A DNA stretch of 64,000 bases, from the NCBI GenBank assembly GCA_021785435.1, contig JAJYFE010000001.1:9497-73496 (forward strand). The letters run 5' to 3'. The notes below the pieces were generated by a model. The model worked only from the letters and a program-made list of their open reading frames with translations, made no database searches and had not been told where the DNA came from. Made by a program: the position numbers and the translations under genes. This document shows, one piece after another, positions 1-8,591 of this stretch (positions are counted from its first letter, which is position 1; every line of letters starts with the position of its first letter). The stretch is from Planctomycetota bacterium. Lineage in GTDB: Bacteria > Planctomycetota > Phycisphaerae > WQYP01.

Positions 1-1
1 C

Positions 2-163
2 TACATCGCCACCGGGGGCGGGACTCACGGCGCCACCAAGGGCGCGGTCGTGCTGGCGCCGCTGACGCGCCTGGTGGATCAGAAGACGACACTGGTGCTG
101 ACGTTTGCCGTGCGGCGCCCGCGGCAAAAAGTGGCGTTTCATTTTTATAATATTCCGATACCG
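2..163 (+). CDS. 3' end of an unidentified CDS entering from upstream of the window (ends ...VAFHFYNIPIP*)
   Basis: Open frame 2 from the window edge to TAA at 161-163; no family recognised. Confidence 0.3.
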
Positions 164-342
164 TAAAAGCGATCAGCGGTCAGCTTTCAGCAATCAGCGG
201 CACGCCGCCAGCACCGCGTTTCAACGCGGATGCGTCGGGGCGCCCCGCAGGGTCGGGGCAGCGTGGATCTCGGCTGCTTCGCTTCAGCCGGGGCGCCGCC
301 GGCGACCTGAAGCCCGGTGCTGGCGCGAGGTCAATACCAGCG

Positions 343-1398
343 CTACTGACTTACCCGCCGGCGGGCCACCAGGCTGGAAAGGCCCAGCCCCAGGACGTAT
401 AGCGCCAACAGCGGCACAAAAATGCTCGCGAAGGTGAAAACATCCGGCGAGGGGGCCAGCAGCACGGCCAGCACGGCCAGACCCAGGACCACGTAGCGCC
501 ATAATTTGCGATATTGCTCCGGCTGAACCAGGCCGAGGCGCGTTAAAATCATCATTACCATGGGCAGTTCAAAGGAACCGCCGAAGACCAGACACATGAT
601 AATCACGAAACTCAGATAATCACGAAACAGATTCACCGGGGAAAACAAAGCGTGGGCGGGCTGGGCGGTGATTTCCAGCGTCTGGCGGCCGCTGTGCAGG
701 CAGAGCTGGTTGGTGGCGGCGTTGAACCAGAGTACGGCCTGGCCGGGGGCGAAATGCGTCGGATCACTTTTGACCACGGGAATGCGCAGCAAAGGCGTGC
801 GGTCTCCGGCGGGCAGGGCTTTGAGCCATTTCTGATCAAATCCGCCGCCATAGATCACCCGCTCCCAGGGGGTCGGGCGCAGCGACGGCAAGGCGATCTG
901 GTTGTTGAACTGCATGACAAACTTCAGCAGAAAAGGCAACACCAGGAAGAAAAAAAACGCCACACCCAAGGCGAACAGAAGAATGCTCGGCGCCAGGTAA
1001 CGATAAACCACCAGCCGTTCGCGGCGGTATAAACCGGCGGTGACAAACCGCCAGAATTGATAGATGATCCAGGGGCTGGCCAGCACCAGGCCGGCTTTGA
1101 CCGCGGTCATCAGATAAAGAATCACCGAGCCGACGGGCTTGAAATACTGCAGGTGCGGCGAATAGCCGCCCCAGCGCAGGGCCAGCAGATAAGGCTGGTA
1201 CAGGAAGTCGATGATGCCGTTGGCGTAATAAAGGCAGATAACCATCGCGATGACCACGCCGATTAAGGCGTAGAAGATGCGCCGGCGCAGCTCCTCCAGA
1301 TGGTCGCCGAAGGACATCACCGGCAGTTCCTCTTCGGCCCCGGTCGGGGCGGCGGGAGCGGCACGGTGCAAGTGAAAGATTTTTTGCCAACTACGCAT
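343..1398 (-). CDS. tatC: Sec-independent protein translocase TatC, with an unusually large loop insertion. The likely true start is the internal MSFGDHLEELRRR at 1317
   Basis: TatC signature FGDHLEELRRRI and a 6-TM architecture. A roughly 90-aa insertion (QIALPSLRPTPWER...SPVNLF) interrupts the helices. Confidence 0.8.
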   Translation of the reverse strand: MRSWQKIFHLHRAAPAAPTGAEEELPVMSFGDHLEELRRRIFYALIGVVIAMVICLYYANGIIDFLYQPYLLALRWGGYSPHLQYFKPVGSVILYLMTAVKAGLVLASPWIIYQFWRFVTAGLYRRERLVVYRYLAPSILLFALGVAFFFFLVLPFLLKFVMQFNNQIALPSLRPTPWERVIYGGGFDQKWLKALPAGDRTPLLRIPVVKSDPTHFAPGQAVLWFNAATNQLCLHSGRQTLEITAQPAHALFSPVNLFRDYLSFVIIMCLVFGGSFELPMVMMILTRLGLVQPEQYRKLWRYVVLGLAVLAVLLAPSPDVFTFASIFVPLLALYVLGLGLSSLVARRRVSQ

Positions 1399-1443
1399 CA
1401 GGTACTCTTGGCTTTCAGCGGCGGCGGACCGGGGCGGGATCCT

Positions 1444-1620
1444 AGATCCCGGTTGCCGTCGTTCACCGGGCTAAAGCCCGGTGCTTTCGCCCGGGGCTTC
1501 CGCCCGGGGCGAACCCCGCCGGTTGTTCCGCCTGCGTGGCCGTCGTTCACCGGGCTAAAGCCAGGTGCTTCCACCCGGTGCTTCCGCCCGGGGCTTCCGC
1601 CCGGGGCTCCGTGAGCGCCG
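1444..1620. repeat. Two tandem roughly 76-bp units, each carrying a hairpin of the CACCGGGCTAAAGCCCGGTG type (REP-like family) followed by GCTTCCGCCCGGGG direct repeats
   Basis: Direct inspection: CGTCGTTCACCGGGCTAAAGCC(C/A)GGTGCTT occurs at 1458 and 1541. Confidence 0.8.
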
Positions 1621-1734
1621 TAGAGCCGGGAGCACCGCTCGCCTTGTCGAGTCGCCCTCTTCGGCGACATGATCATGCGGTGGTGCGCTGCCGGTACGGA
1701 ATCAACCACCGGGTTCCACTCGGCGCCCCCGTGT

Positions 1735-2430
1735 TCACGCGGATTTTATTTTACCGTCACACAGACAAACCACACGGTCGGCCAGGGCGGCCACCGTCGG
1801 CTCGTGGGTGACCAGCAGAATACTTTGGCGGCGCTGGCGATGCAGGCGGGTAATCACCTCCAGGATGCCGCGCCCGGTGGGAGGGTCCAGGTTGCCGGTG
1901 GGTTCGTCGGCCAGGACCAGGGCGGGATCGTTAATCAGGGCGCGGGCGATGGCCACGCGCTGGCGTTCGCCGCCGGAAAGTTCCGCGGGGCGATGTTGAA
2001 GGCGTTGGCCTAGCCCCAGATCCGCCAGCAACTCCAAGGCCCGTTTCTGCCGTGGCCGGGAAGGGACCAAAGCCCGCCACCACGGCGCCGCGACCATGGC
2101 CGGCAGCAGAACGTTTTCCAGCACATTCAACTCCGGCAGCAGGTGGTAGAGTTGAAACACAAAGCCGAAGGCCTGGTTGCGCAGGCGATGCCGCCGACTG
2201 CGGGAAAGCCGGCAGATATTCTGCCCGCGGAAGCTGGTGCACCCGCCATCGGCATGATCCAAGGCCCCGGCGATATGCAGCAGCGTGCTCTTGCCGGAGC
2301 CGGAGGCGCCCATCAACGCCACAAATTCGCCTTCGCGCACGGCCAGGCTCGCGCCGGTGAGCACGGGGATCGTCGCCGGGCCGAGTCGGAAGGTTTTGTG
2401 AAGCGCAATAAGTTCGAGCAGGTTGTCCAT
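1735..2430 (-). CDS. ABC transporter ATP-binding protein (LolD/FtsE/MacB-type)
   Basis: Walker A GASGSGKST, ABC signature [15 protein letters not shown], Walker B LVLADEPT. Confidence 0.85.
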   Translation of the reverse strand: MDNLLELIALHKTFRLGPATIPVLTGASLAVREGEFVALMGASGSGKSTLLHIAGALDHADGGCTSFRGQNICRLSRSRRHRLRNQAFGFVFQLYHLLPELNVLENVLLPAMVAAPWWRALVPSRPRQKRALELLADLGLGQRLQHRPAELSGGERQRVAIARALINDPALVLADEPTGNLDPPTGRGILEVITRLHRQRRQSILLVTHEPTVAALADRVVCLCDGKIKSA

Positions 2431-4355
2431 TATCGTTCGTGCGGGTCTTCCAGGTAGGTGTAGCCCTGCAGGCCGGATTCATAGAACCGCAGCAGCAGGG
2501 CGGATTCTTCCACGGAGATCGTTTTTTCGCGGACGGCGCGCTCCACGTCGCGGCGCATCCGGGCCAGGAGCTCTTCGCCGTTGAATTGCACGTATTGCAG
2601 CACCTCGCGGACCGTGTCGCCGCGGACCACTTCTTCGACATGGATTTCGCCGGTTTCGTCCATGTGCACGTGGACGGCATTGGTGTCGCCGAGAAGATTG
2701 TGCAGATCGCCCAGGATTTCCTGGTAAGCCCCCACCAGGAAGGCGCCCAGGAAATAATCACCGCCGGTGTATTCATGCAATTCGAGGGTTTTTTTCACGT
2801 CGTGCAAATCAATGAAGTAGTCGACTTTGCCGTCGCTGTCACAAGTAATGTCGGCGAGGATGCCGCGGCGCAGCGGGGCCTCATTGAGGCGGTGGATGGG
2901 CAGGATGGGGAAAAGCTGGCGGATGGCCCAGCTGTCGGGCATGGACTGAAAAAGAGAGAAGTTGCAGAAATAGGTGTCGCAGAGATGGGCCTCCAGGGCC
3001 TCGAAATCTTCGCTGACATCCCGGGTTTCCCGGAGCATCTTGAGAATTTTGGCGCACACGCCCCAGAACAGTTTTTCCGCATAGCTGCGCAGCTCCAGGC
3101 TTAAGTAACCGAGATTAAACAGGTTCAACGCCTCATCCCGCTGCTGCATGGCGTCGTGGTAAATTTCCGCGTAATTTTTCTTGCTTACATCCCGGTGTGC
3201 CTCGAAGAGATCCTTGACCGGCTGGGGAACTTCCTCGCCGGCGGGCAACTCCGGCGGCACGTCGAAACTGTCAAAACCGCTGACCCCCAGCACGTTGAAA
3301 ACCAACAGGCTGTGATAAGCCACCATGGCCCGACCGCTCTCGGTGATGATCGTCGGAGGGGGTACCGCGCATTCGTCGCAAACGGTTTTAATGCGAAAGA
3401 TCACATCCCCGGCGTACTCGGCCAGGGTGTAATTGACGGAAGATTCAAAGTTGGTCTGGCTGCCGTCATAATCCACGCCCAGTCCGCCGCCGACATCGAT
3501 ATATTTCATTCCGGCCCCGGCGCGGGTCAGTTCGGCGTAGATGCGGGCGGCCTCGTTGAGGGCGTTCTTGATGGTGCGAATATTGGTGATCTGGCTGCCC
3601 AGGTGGAAATGCAGCAGCTGCAGACAATCCGCCATGTTCCGCTGTTTGAGATAATCGAGCGCCTGGAGGATTTCCGCGACGAACAGGCCAAACTTGCTTT
3701 TCGCCCCGCCGGAAGACTCCCAGCGCCCGCTGCCGCGCGCCGCGAGCTTGACGCGCACGCCCAGGCGGGGGCGCACGGAATGCTTTTCGCCGTATTTGGT
3801 CAGCAGTTCCAGCTCCGTGAATTTTTCCACCACGGGGATGACGGTCTTGCCGAGTTTCTGGGCCAGCACCACCGTTTCGATGAATTCATCGTCTTTAAAG
3901 CCGTTGCAGATAATGGGTGTGTCGCGGCCGTTGGTCAGGGCCAGCACGACGAGCAGCTCCGGCTTGCTGCCCGCTTCCAGGCCCCAGCCGTAGGATTGGC
4001 CGGCCTGCAGGATTTCCTCCACCACGTGGCGCTGCTGATTGACCTTGATGGGGTAGACGCAGATGTGGCGGCCCGGGTAGCCATTTTCCTGGATGGCCGC
4101 CTGAAAGGCGCTGTGGATCTCCGCCAGGCGGTGTTTCAGAATGTCGCTGAAACGCAGCAACGTGGGCAGTTGGATGCCGCGGAGGATCAGATCATCGATG
4201 AGTTTTTTCAGATCGATGGCCCGGGCGGGGTTTTTGTCCGGGTGCACCGCGACATGCCCGGCCGCGTTAATGGAAAAATAACCTTTACCCCATTTCTGGA
4301 TGTGATACAGCTCGGCGGAATCCTGCACCGTCCAGGGTTTGAGCATGTCCATGTC
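2430..4355 (-). CDS. speA: Biosynthetic arginine decarboxylase SpeA. The start is taken at MDMLKPWTV; the ORF extends upstream to 4439 only by reading through the repeat element
   Basis: Full-length similarity to PLP-dependent biosynthetic ADC (about 640 aa). The upstream extension translates a (GCTCCT)n repeat as SRSRSRS/EQEQ. Confidence 0.85.
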   Translation of the reverse strand, partial: DMDMLKPWTVQDSAELYHIQKWGKGYFSINAAGHVAVHPDKNPARAIDLKKLIDDLILRGIQLPTLLRFSDILKHRLAEIHSAFQAAIQENGYPGRHICVYPIKVNQQRHVVEEILQAGQSYGWGLEAGSKPELLVVLALTNGRDTPIICNGFKDDEFIETVVLAQKLGKTVIPVVEKFTELELLTKYGEKHSVRPRLGVRVKLAARGSGRWESSGGAKSKFGLFVAEILQALDYLKQRNMADCLQLLHFHLGSQITNIRTIKNALNEAARIYAELTRAGAGMKYIDVGGGLGVDYDGSQTNFESSVNYTLAEYAGDVIFRIKTVCDECAVPPPTIITESGRAMVAYHSLLVFNVLGVSGFDSFDVPPELPAGEEVPQPVKDLFEAHRDVSKKNYAEIYHDAMQQRDEALNLFNLGYLSLELRSYAEKLFWGVCAKILKMLRETRDVSEDFEALEAHLCDTYFCNFSLFQSMPDSWAIRQLFPILPIHRLNEAPLRRGILADITCDSDGKVDYFIDLHDVKKTLELHEYTGGDYFLGAFLVGAYQEILGDLHNLLGDTNAVHVHMDETGEIHVEEVVRGDTVREVLQYVQFNGEELLARMRRDVERAVREKTISVEESALLLRFYESGLQGYTYLEDPHER

Positions 4356-4364
4356 GCCTTGCTC

Positions 4365-5440
4365 CTGCTCCTCACTTCTCAACTTCTCACTCCTGCTCCT
4401 GCTCCTGCTCCCGCTCCTGATCGAAAGGCCCTCGATCAAGAGCAGGAGCAGGAGCAGGAGCAGGAAAGATTACGCTCCGGAAACGCCGCTGCCATATTCG
4501 CGGCCGGAATTCCGCTTGATCAGCCCCATGAGCATACGCACGATTCGTTGCAGCCGTTCCATGTCGCCTCGCTCCCGCTGCTCACCCCCGCTCCTACTCC
4601 TGCTCCTGCTCCCGCTCCTGATCGAAAGGCCCTCGATCAAGAGCACGAGCAGGAGCACGAGCAGGAGCAGGAAAGATTACGCTCCGGAAACGCCGCCGCC
4701 ATATTCGCGGCCGGAATTCCGCTTGATCAGGCCCATGAGCATACACACGATTCATTGCAGCCGTTCCATGTCGCCTCGCTCCCGCTGCTCACCCCCACTC
4801 CCGCTCCTACTCCTACTCCTGCTCCTGATCGAAAGGCCCTCGATCAAGAGCAGGAGCATGAGCAGGAGCAGGAATGATTACGCTCCGGAAACGCCGCTGC
4901 CATATTCGCGGCCGGAATTCCGCTTGATCAGCCCCATGAGCATACGCACGATTCGTTGCAGCCGTTCCTTGCCGGGGTGGATCCGCTCTCGTGCCAGCCT
5001 CCTCCGGGAAACGAGAACGTCCAGGCCGGCGGCGCACTCGAGCGCGGAGCCGCGGGCAATGTCCAAGAATCGGCAGCGATCCTTGGGAGCATATTTGCCG
5101 TTGCCCTCGGCGATGTTCAGTAAGATCGAGCTTGACGCCCGATCCAACTGCTCTTTCACCTCGCCCCAGCGCACGCCGGCTTCCGTGAGTTCGGACAGCC
5201 AGGCGACGAACGCCAGGGCTTCTTGGTAAACGTCCAGCTTCTCGTGATCAAACCAGCACTTTTCGGGCGAACTCATCAGGCCTGACCCTTCGCCTTGCTC
5301 CTGCTCCTGACTTCTCACTCCTGCTCCTGCTCCTGATCCTGCTCGAAAGGCCCTCGATCAAGAGCAGGAGCACGAGCACGAGCAGGAAAGATTACGCTCC
5401 GGAAACGCCGCTGCCATATTCGCGGCCGGAATTCCGCTTA
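4365..5440. repeat. Tandem array of four roughly 205-bp units. Each unit is a hairpin with a roughly 23-bp stem (CTCCTGCTCCTGCTCCTGATCGA-AAGGCCCT-TCGATCAAGAGCAGGAGCAGGAG), flanked by (GCTCCT)n, followed by a copy of the last roughly 100 bp of the four-helix-bundle gene
   Basis: Hairpins centred near 4425, 4630, 4838 and 5345. The 3'-end segment GATTACGCTCCGGAAACGCCGCTGCCATATTCGCGGCCGGAATTCCGCTT occurs at about 4470, 4675, 4875 (the real gene end) and 5390. Confidence 0.85.
4878..5276 (-). CDS. Four-helix-bundle protein of the 23S rRNA intervening-sequence protein family (PF05635/TIGR02436; Avd-like fold)
   Basis: Motif FDHEKLDVYQEALAFVAWL...LLNIAEGNGK...FLDIARGSALECAAGLDVL is typical of the family. 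Start MSSPEKCWF; the ORF extends to 5318 through the repeat. Confidence 0.7.
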   Translation of the reverse strand: MSSPEKCWFDHEKLDVYQEALAFVAWLSELTEAGVRWGEVKEQLDRASSSILLNIAEGNGKYAPKDRCRFLDIARGSALECAAGLDVLVSRRRLARERIHPGKERLQRIVRMLMGLIKRNSGREYGSGVSGA

Positions 5441-7066
5441 AGCCCCGCCCGCCGCGGCGGCGCCAGCAAGTGCCGGCAGAATGAACGTTTTGACCACTTC
5501 AATGCCCGAATCCCCGCGCAAGGCCGCCAGGCATTCCGGCGGGGGCACGGTATCGAGTTTGAGCAGCATCAGGGCCTTGTCGCCCTTGCGGCTGATGGTC
5601 ATGTCCGCGATATTGATGTTCCACCGGCCAAAGGTGGCGCCGACGAAACCGATCACGCCCGGCCGATCCTTATTGACCACGAGGGTCATGGGACCGGCGG
5701 GCACCATGTCCATCCAGTAGCCCTTGAGCGCCAGCACCCGGGGCAGATTATCCGCGAAAACCGTCCCGATCATGGCGTGCCGGGTGCCGTTTTCCGTGAT
5801 TTCCAGTTCCAAGCCGTGTTGCAAGGCCCGCTGCTGCGCCTGGCCCATGGTTTCGTGGCCCAGGGCGATGCCCCGCTGTTCGGCCAAATGCAGCACATTG
5901 ACCAGGTTGGGAGTTTCGGCGATGTGCCCCCGCAGCAGTTCCATGACCGCCAGCCGCTGCAAGGTCGGCGCGATGCGGCGTGGTAGTTCACCGTTGGTGC
6001 GCAGGGTCACCGCAGCGAAGCCTTTTTCCACGATCGCCCCCAACATCACGCCCATGCGCCGAGCCAGATCTGCGTACGCCTTTTCCGGTTCGGACAAATT
6101 CAGGTCGATGCCGCCGGCATTCACGGCGCCGGCAATGCCCTGGCCGCGAAGGTAGAGCAGCAGTTCCTGTACGGCGTCCCGGGCCACAGCCTGCTGGGCC
6201 TCGGCGGTGCTGGCGCCCAGGTGCGGGGTCAGTAAAACCTTCGAGCCCAGGGCGAAGAGGGGGTTGGTCTTGGCCGGTGGCTCGCTGGCATAAACATCCA
6301 GGGCGGCGCCGGCGACGTGCCCGGATTCAATGGCCGCGGCCAGCGCGGTTTCATCAATCACGCCGCCCCGGGCGCAGTTGATCAGGCGCACGCCCGGGCG
6401 GCAGCGGCGCAGGCGGGCCGCGTCCAGCAGGCCGCGGGTTTCGCCGCCCGGCACATGCACGGTGATGAAGTCGCATTGGGGCAACAGGGCGTCCAGGTCT
6501 TTCACCAGGGGAACCTGGCCATCCAGGCCGGTCTCGGCGAAAAAGAACGGATCGTAGGCCAGCACTTTCATCTCCAGCCCCAGCGCCCGTTTGGCGACGG
6601 CGCGGCCAATGCGGCCGAAGCCGATGACGCCCAGCGTTTTTCCCGCCAATTGGGCGCCGAGAAAGCGCCCCCGCTCCCATTGCCCGCCGCGGACATGGGC
6701 GTCGGCGGCGGCCAACTGCCGGGCCAGACCCAGCATCAGGGCCAGGGCATGTTCGGCGGTGGTGATGGTGTTGGCGTCGGGCGTGTTCATTACCAGCACC
6801 CCGGCGCGGGTGGCGGCCTCCACGTCCACGTTATCGACGCCCACCCCGGCCCGGGCGATGGCCTTGAGCCGCCCCGGTTGGGCCAGTTCCGCCGCGGTGA
6901 TTTTCACCCCGCTGCGGATCAACACGCCGTCATATTTGCCGATTTCCCGCGCCAGTTCGCCGGCCTGCCACCGCGGATGATCGGTGGCTTCGACGTCCGG
7001 CTGCTGGCGCAGCAGCGCCAGTCCTTCCGGGGCCAGTTTATCCGCGGCCAGAATTTTAAACATCAA
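5438..7066 (-). CDS. serA: D-3-phosphoglycerate dehydrogenase (long form with a C-terminal ACT domain)
   Basis: 2-hydroxyacid dehydrogenase NAD-binding GxGxxG (GVIGFGRIGRAVA), catalytic-domain similarity, roughly 540 aa length with ASB/ACT C-terminus. Confidence 0.9.
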   Translation of the reverse strand: MMFKILAADKLAPEGLALLRQQPDVEATDHPRWQAGELAREIGKYDGVLIRSGVKITAAELAQPGRLKAIARAGVGVDNVDVEAATRAGVLVMNTPDANTITTAEHALALMLGLARQLAAADAHVRGGQWERGRFLGAQLAGKTLGVIGFGRIGRAVAKRALGLEMKVLAYDPFFFAETGLDGQVPLVKDLDALLPQCDFITVHVPGGETRGLLDAARLRRCRPGVRLINCARGGVIDETALAAAIESGHVAGAALDVYASEPPAKTNPLFALGSKVLLTPHLGASTAEAQQAVARDAVQELLLYLRGQGIAGAVNAGGIDLNLSEPEKAYADLARRMGVMLGAIVEKGFAAVTLRTNGELPRRIAPTLQRLAVMELLRGHIAETPNLVNVLHLAEQRGIALGHETMGQAQQRALQHGLELEITENGTRHAMIGTVFADNLPRVLALKGYWMDMVPAGPMTLVVNKDRPGVIGFVGATFGRWNINIADMTISRKGDKALMLLKLDTVPPPECLAALRGDSGIEVVKTFILPALAGAAAAGGA

Positions 7067-7575
7067 TATATTCCCATATCTATGCGCGGCTCGAGATTAC
7101 TTCCCGCGCCGGCGGCCCAGGCCGCGCTCCCGCGGGGGCGCGGCGCTGCCTTGACGCCAGTATAGACCCGCGCCGCGCCGCGGCCAAGCGCCGCGTGGCG
7201 GCGCGGGGGACCGCGCGGGACGGCGATCGCGCCGTGGCACTGCGGAAATATCCTGGCGTCCAGGCGCGACCGTGCACCACGCTGAAGCCGTGGCGTTTTC
7301 GCCCGGTGGCGGCATCCGGTACGGGGGCGCGGTGGAGGTGACGCCGCGCGGCGATGCGTTGCATCCGCCGCGGCGCACCGCGACGCAAGCACCGCGTTTC
7401 AACGCGGTGGGAAGGGCGCGGGCGGGCCGGTCCATTTCGCCACTACCATCCGTATCACCATCTCCGTGTTTCTTGGCGCCGCGCGAAGATTCTATGCGTC
7501 ACCAGAACCTCCTTTTATCCGGCGGACTGCTACCCCCGGCAAAGGTCTCCAAAGGCGACCCCTCGATCCGCCGAA

Positions 7576-7702
7576 GGTCGCCGTGAGCGACCAAACTATT
7601 CCGCCTCCGTGCGGACCGGGGGCTAGGTGTTTGGTTGCGGCTGCGCCGCGCTGGGAGATCCGCGTAATCCGTGGATTCCCTTTCGTTGCGGCTTAGTTTA
7701 GT
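7576..7702. repeat. Inverted pair of the AGTTTAGTCGCCVGCGGCGACC motif (GGTCGCCGTGAGCGACCAAACTA at 7576-7598 and TAGTTTAGTCGCCACGGCGACC at 7681-7702) flanking about 80 bp
   Basis: Direct inspection; the two arms are reverse complements with 2-3 mismatches. Confidence 0.7.
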
Positions 7703-7896
7703 CGCCACGGCGACCAGGCCGCATCGTGGCTGTAAGCAGGAACGCGGAATGGATCAGCAGTAGGCACACTCTCCCGATAGCTACGGGATGCCGTCGAACC
7801 AGCGGACAAGCCACGGCGCGGGAGATGTGTCCACCGGGGCGGCTCTTCGACCTGCGGCTGGAGGCGGCCACGGAGCGCCGCCGGCGATCCAATGAT

Positions 7897-8397
7897 TCAT
7901 TCTGCGTTCGCACTTCGTGGCGCAAAATTCAGGTTAGGCTCGACCGGCGGCTGGCCCCTCCAGTTGTTCCACGTCGGCGAGGTCCTTGGCCCGGTCGGCG
8001 CAACGCTGGTTGGCCAGCAAATCTTCGCGGTGGATGATGCTAAGCTCCACCCGTCAAGCATTTCCCGGCACCGCCGGGCGAAGCCGGTCTGGAATTCCAG
8101 TCCACTCGCGCCGGTGAGAAGCTCGATCCGCAAGGGCGCAACGCCCATGCGAATAACCTGACGCGGCTTTAGGAACAATTCGGGCGAAGCGCCGGCGCGG
8201 CCCAAGCCAAATTGTTCCAGCGGGGCCATCACCCGTCGGGCGTTCCCAGGATCGACCTGGATCCAGACGTCCAGATCCGCGGTGGTGCGGGGGTAGCCGT
8301 GGTACGCGACGGCATAGCCACCCGTGAGCAGATATTTAGCTTCCGAGCGGTTCAGGGTCTGTAAGAATTCTTTGAAATCGGGTGGTAACGAGATCAT
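7897..8397 (-). CDS. Putative nucleotidyltransferase-fold protein (minimal NTase/AbiEii-like motif)
   Basis: LLTGGYAVAYHGYPRTTADLDVWI fits the hG[GS]-x9-13-DhD nucleotidyltransferase signature. Start MISLPPDF; family assignment is tentative. Confidence 0.45.
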   Translation of the reverse strand: MISLPPDFKEFLQTLNRSEAKYLLTGGYAVAYHGYPRTTADLDVWIQVDPGNARRVMAPLEQFGLGRAGASPELFLKPRQVIRMGVAPLRIELLTGASGLEFQTGFARRCREMLDGWSLASSTAKICWPTSVAPTGPRTSPTWNNWRGQPPVEPNLNFAPRSANAE

Positions 8398-8583
8398 AAT
8401 TGTAAGCCACCTGGCGCATAATTTCCAAGGCTTCCAGCCGCTCCCGAGGGGGCCGACGGCGCCACCCGGCGCGGTCTTCGGCGTCCACAAGGTCAAGCGG
8501 GGCCACCCTCAGGGTGGTGCGTTCCAGGCGCGGCAGACGCTCCGGAATCCATGGTTTTCCTGATTTTTCCGACCGTCTATTCA
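8336..8583 (-). CDS. Small ORF (82 aa) overlapping the NTase-like gene out of frame; possible cognate partner (TA-like arrangement)
   Basis: ATG at 8583. The 62-bp out-of-frame overlap with the downstream gene is typical of coupled TA pairs; no recognisable domain. Confidence 0.3.
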
Positions 8584-8591
8584 TGGGCGTA

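Noticed and set aside
1430-1630. CRISPR array (short palindromic repeats in tandem) here and at 10035-10330
   Set aside because: Repeat spacing is irregular (76, 90, 80, 83 bp), the inter-repeat segments are themselves related or are other repeat variants, and no cas genes are present. These are REP-like elements.
3156-4877. 573-aa plus-strand ORF
   Set aside because: Antisense to speA and running through the tandem repeats; the product is low-complexity with no domains.
4339-5229. 296-aa plus-strand ORF with a triplicated internal repeat
   Set aside because: It is the translation of the tandem DNA repeat (LLLLLPLLIERPSIK...), antisense to the four-helix-bundle gene.
4339-5440. Diversity-generating retroelement (Avd-like four-helix-bundle protein plus near-identical repeats could be TR/VR)
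   Set aside because: No reverse transcriptase nearby, and the repeat copies differ at C/G/T positions rather than showing adenine-specific substitutions. The repeats are the gene's own 3' end, not a target-gene VR.
4365-5440. Integron-like cassette array (hairpins as attC sites)
   Set aside because: No intI integrase or attI. The units are identical partial copies of one gene rather than different ORFs.
6317-7165. 282-aa ORF antisense to serA, and the Arg-rich ORFs in 7063-7708
   Set aside because: Arg/Ala/Pro-rich high-GC artefacts without domains. serA on the opposite strand is strongly supported.
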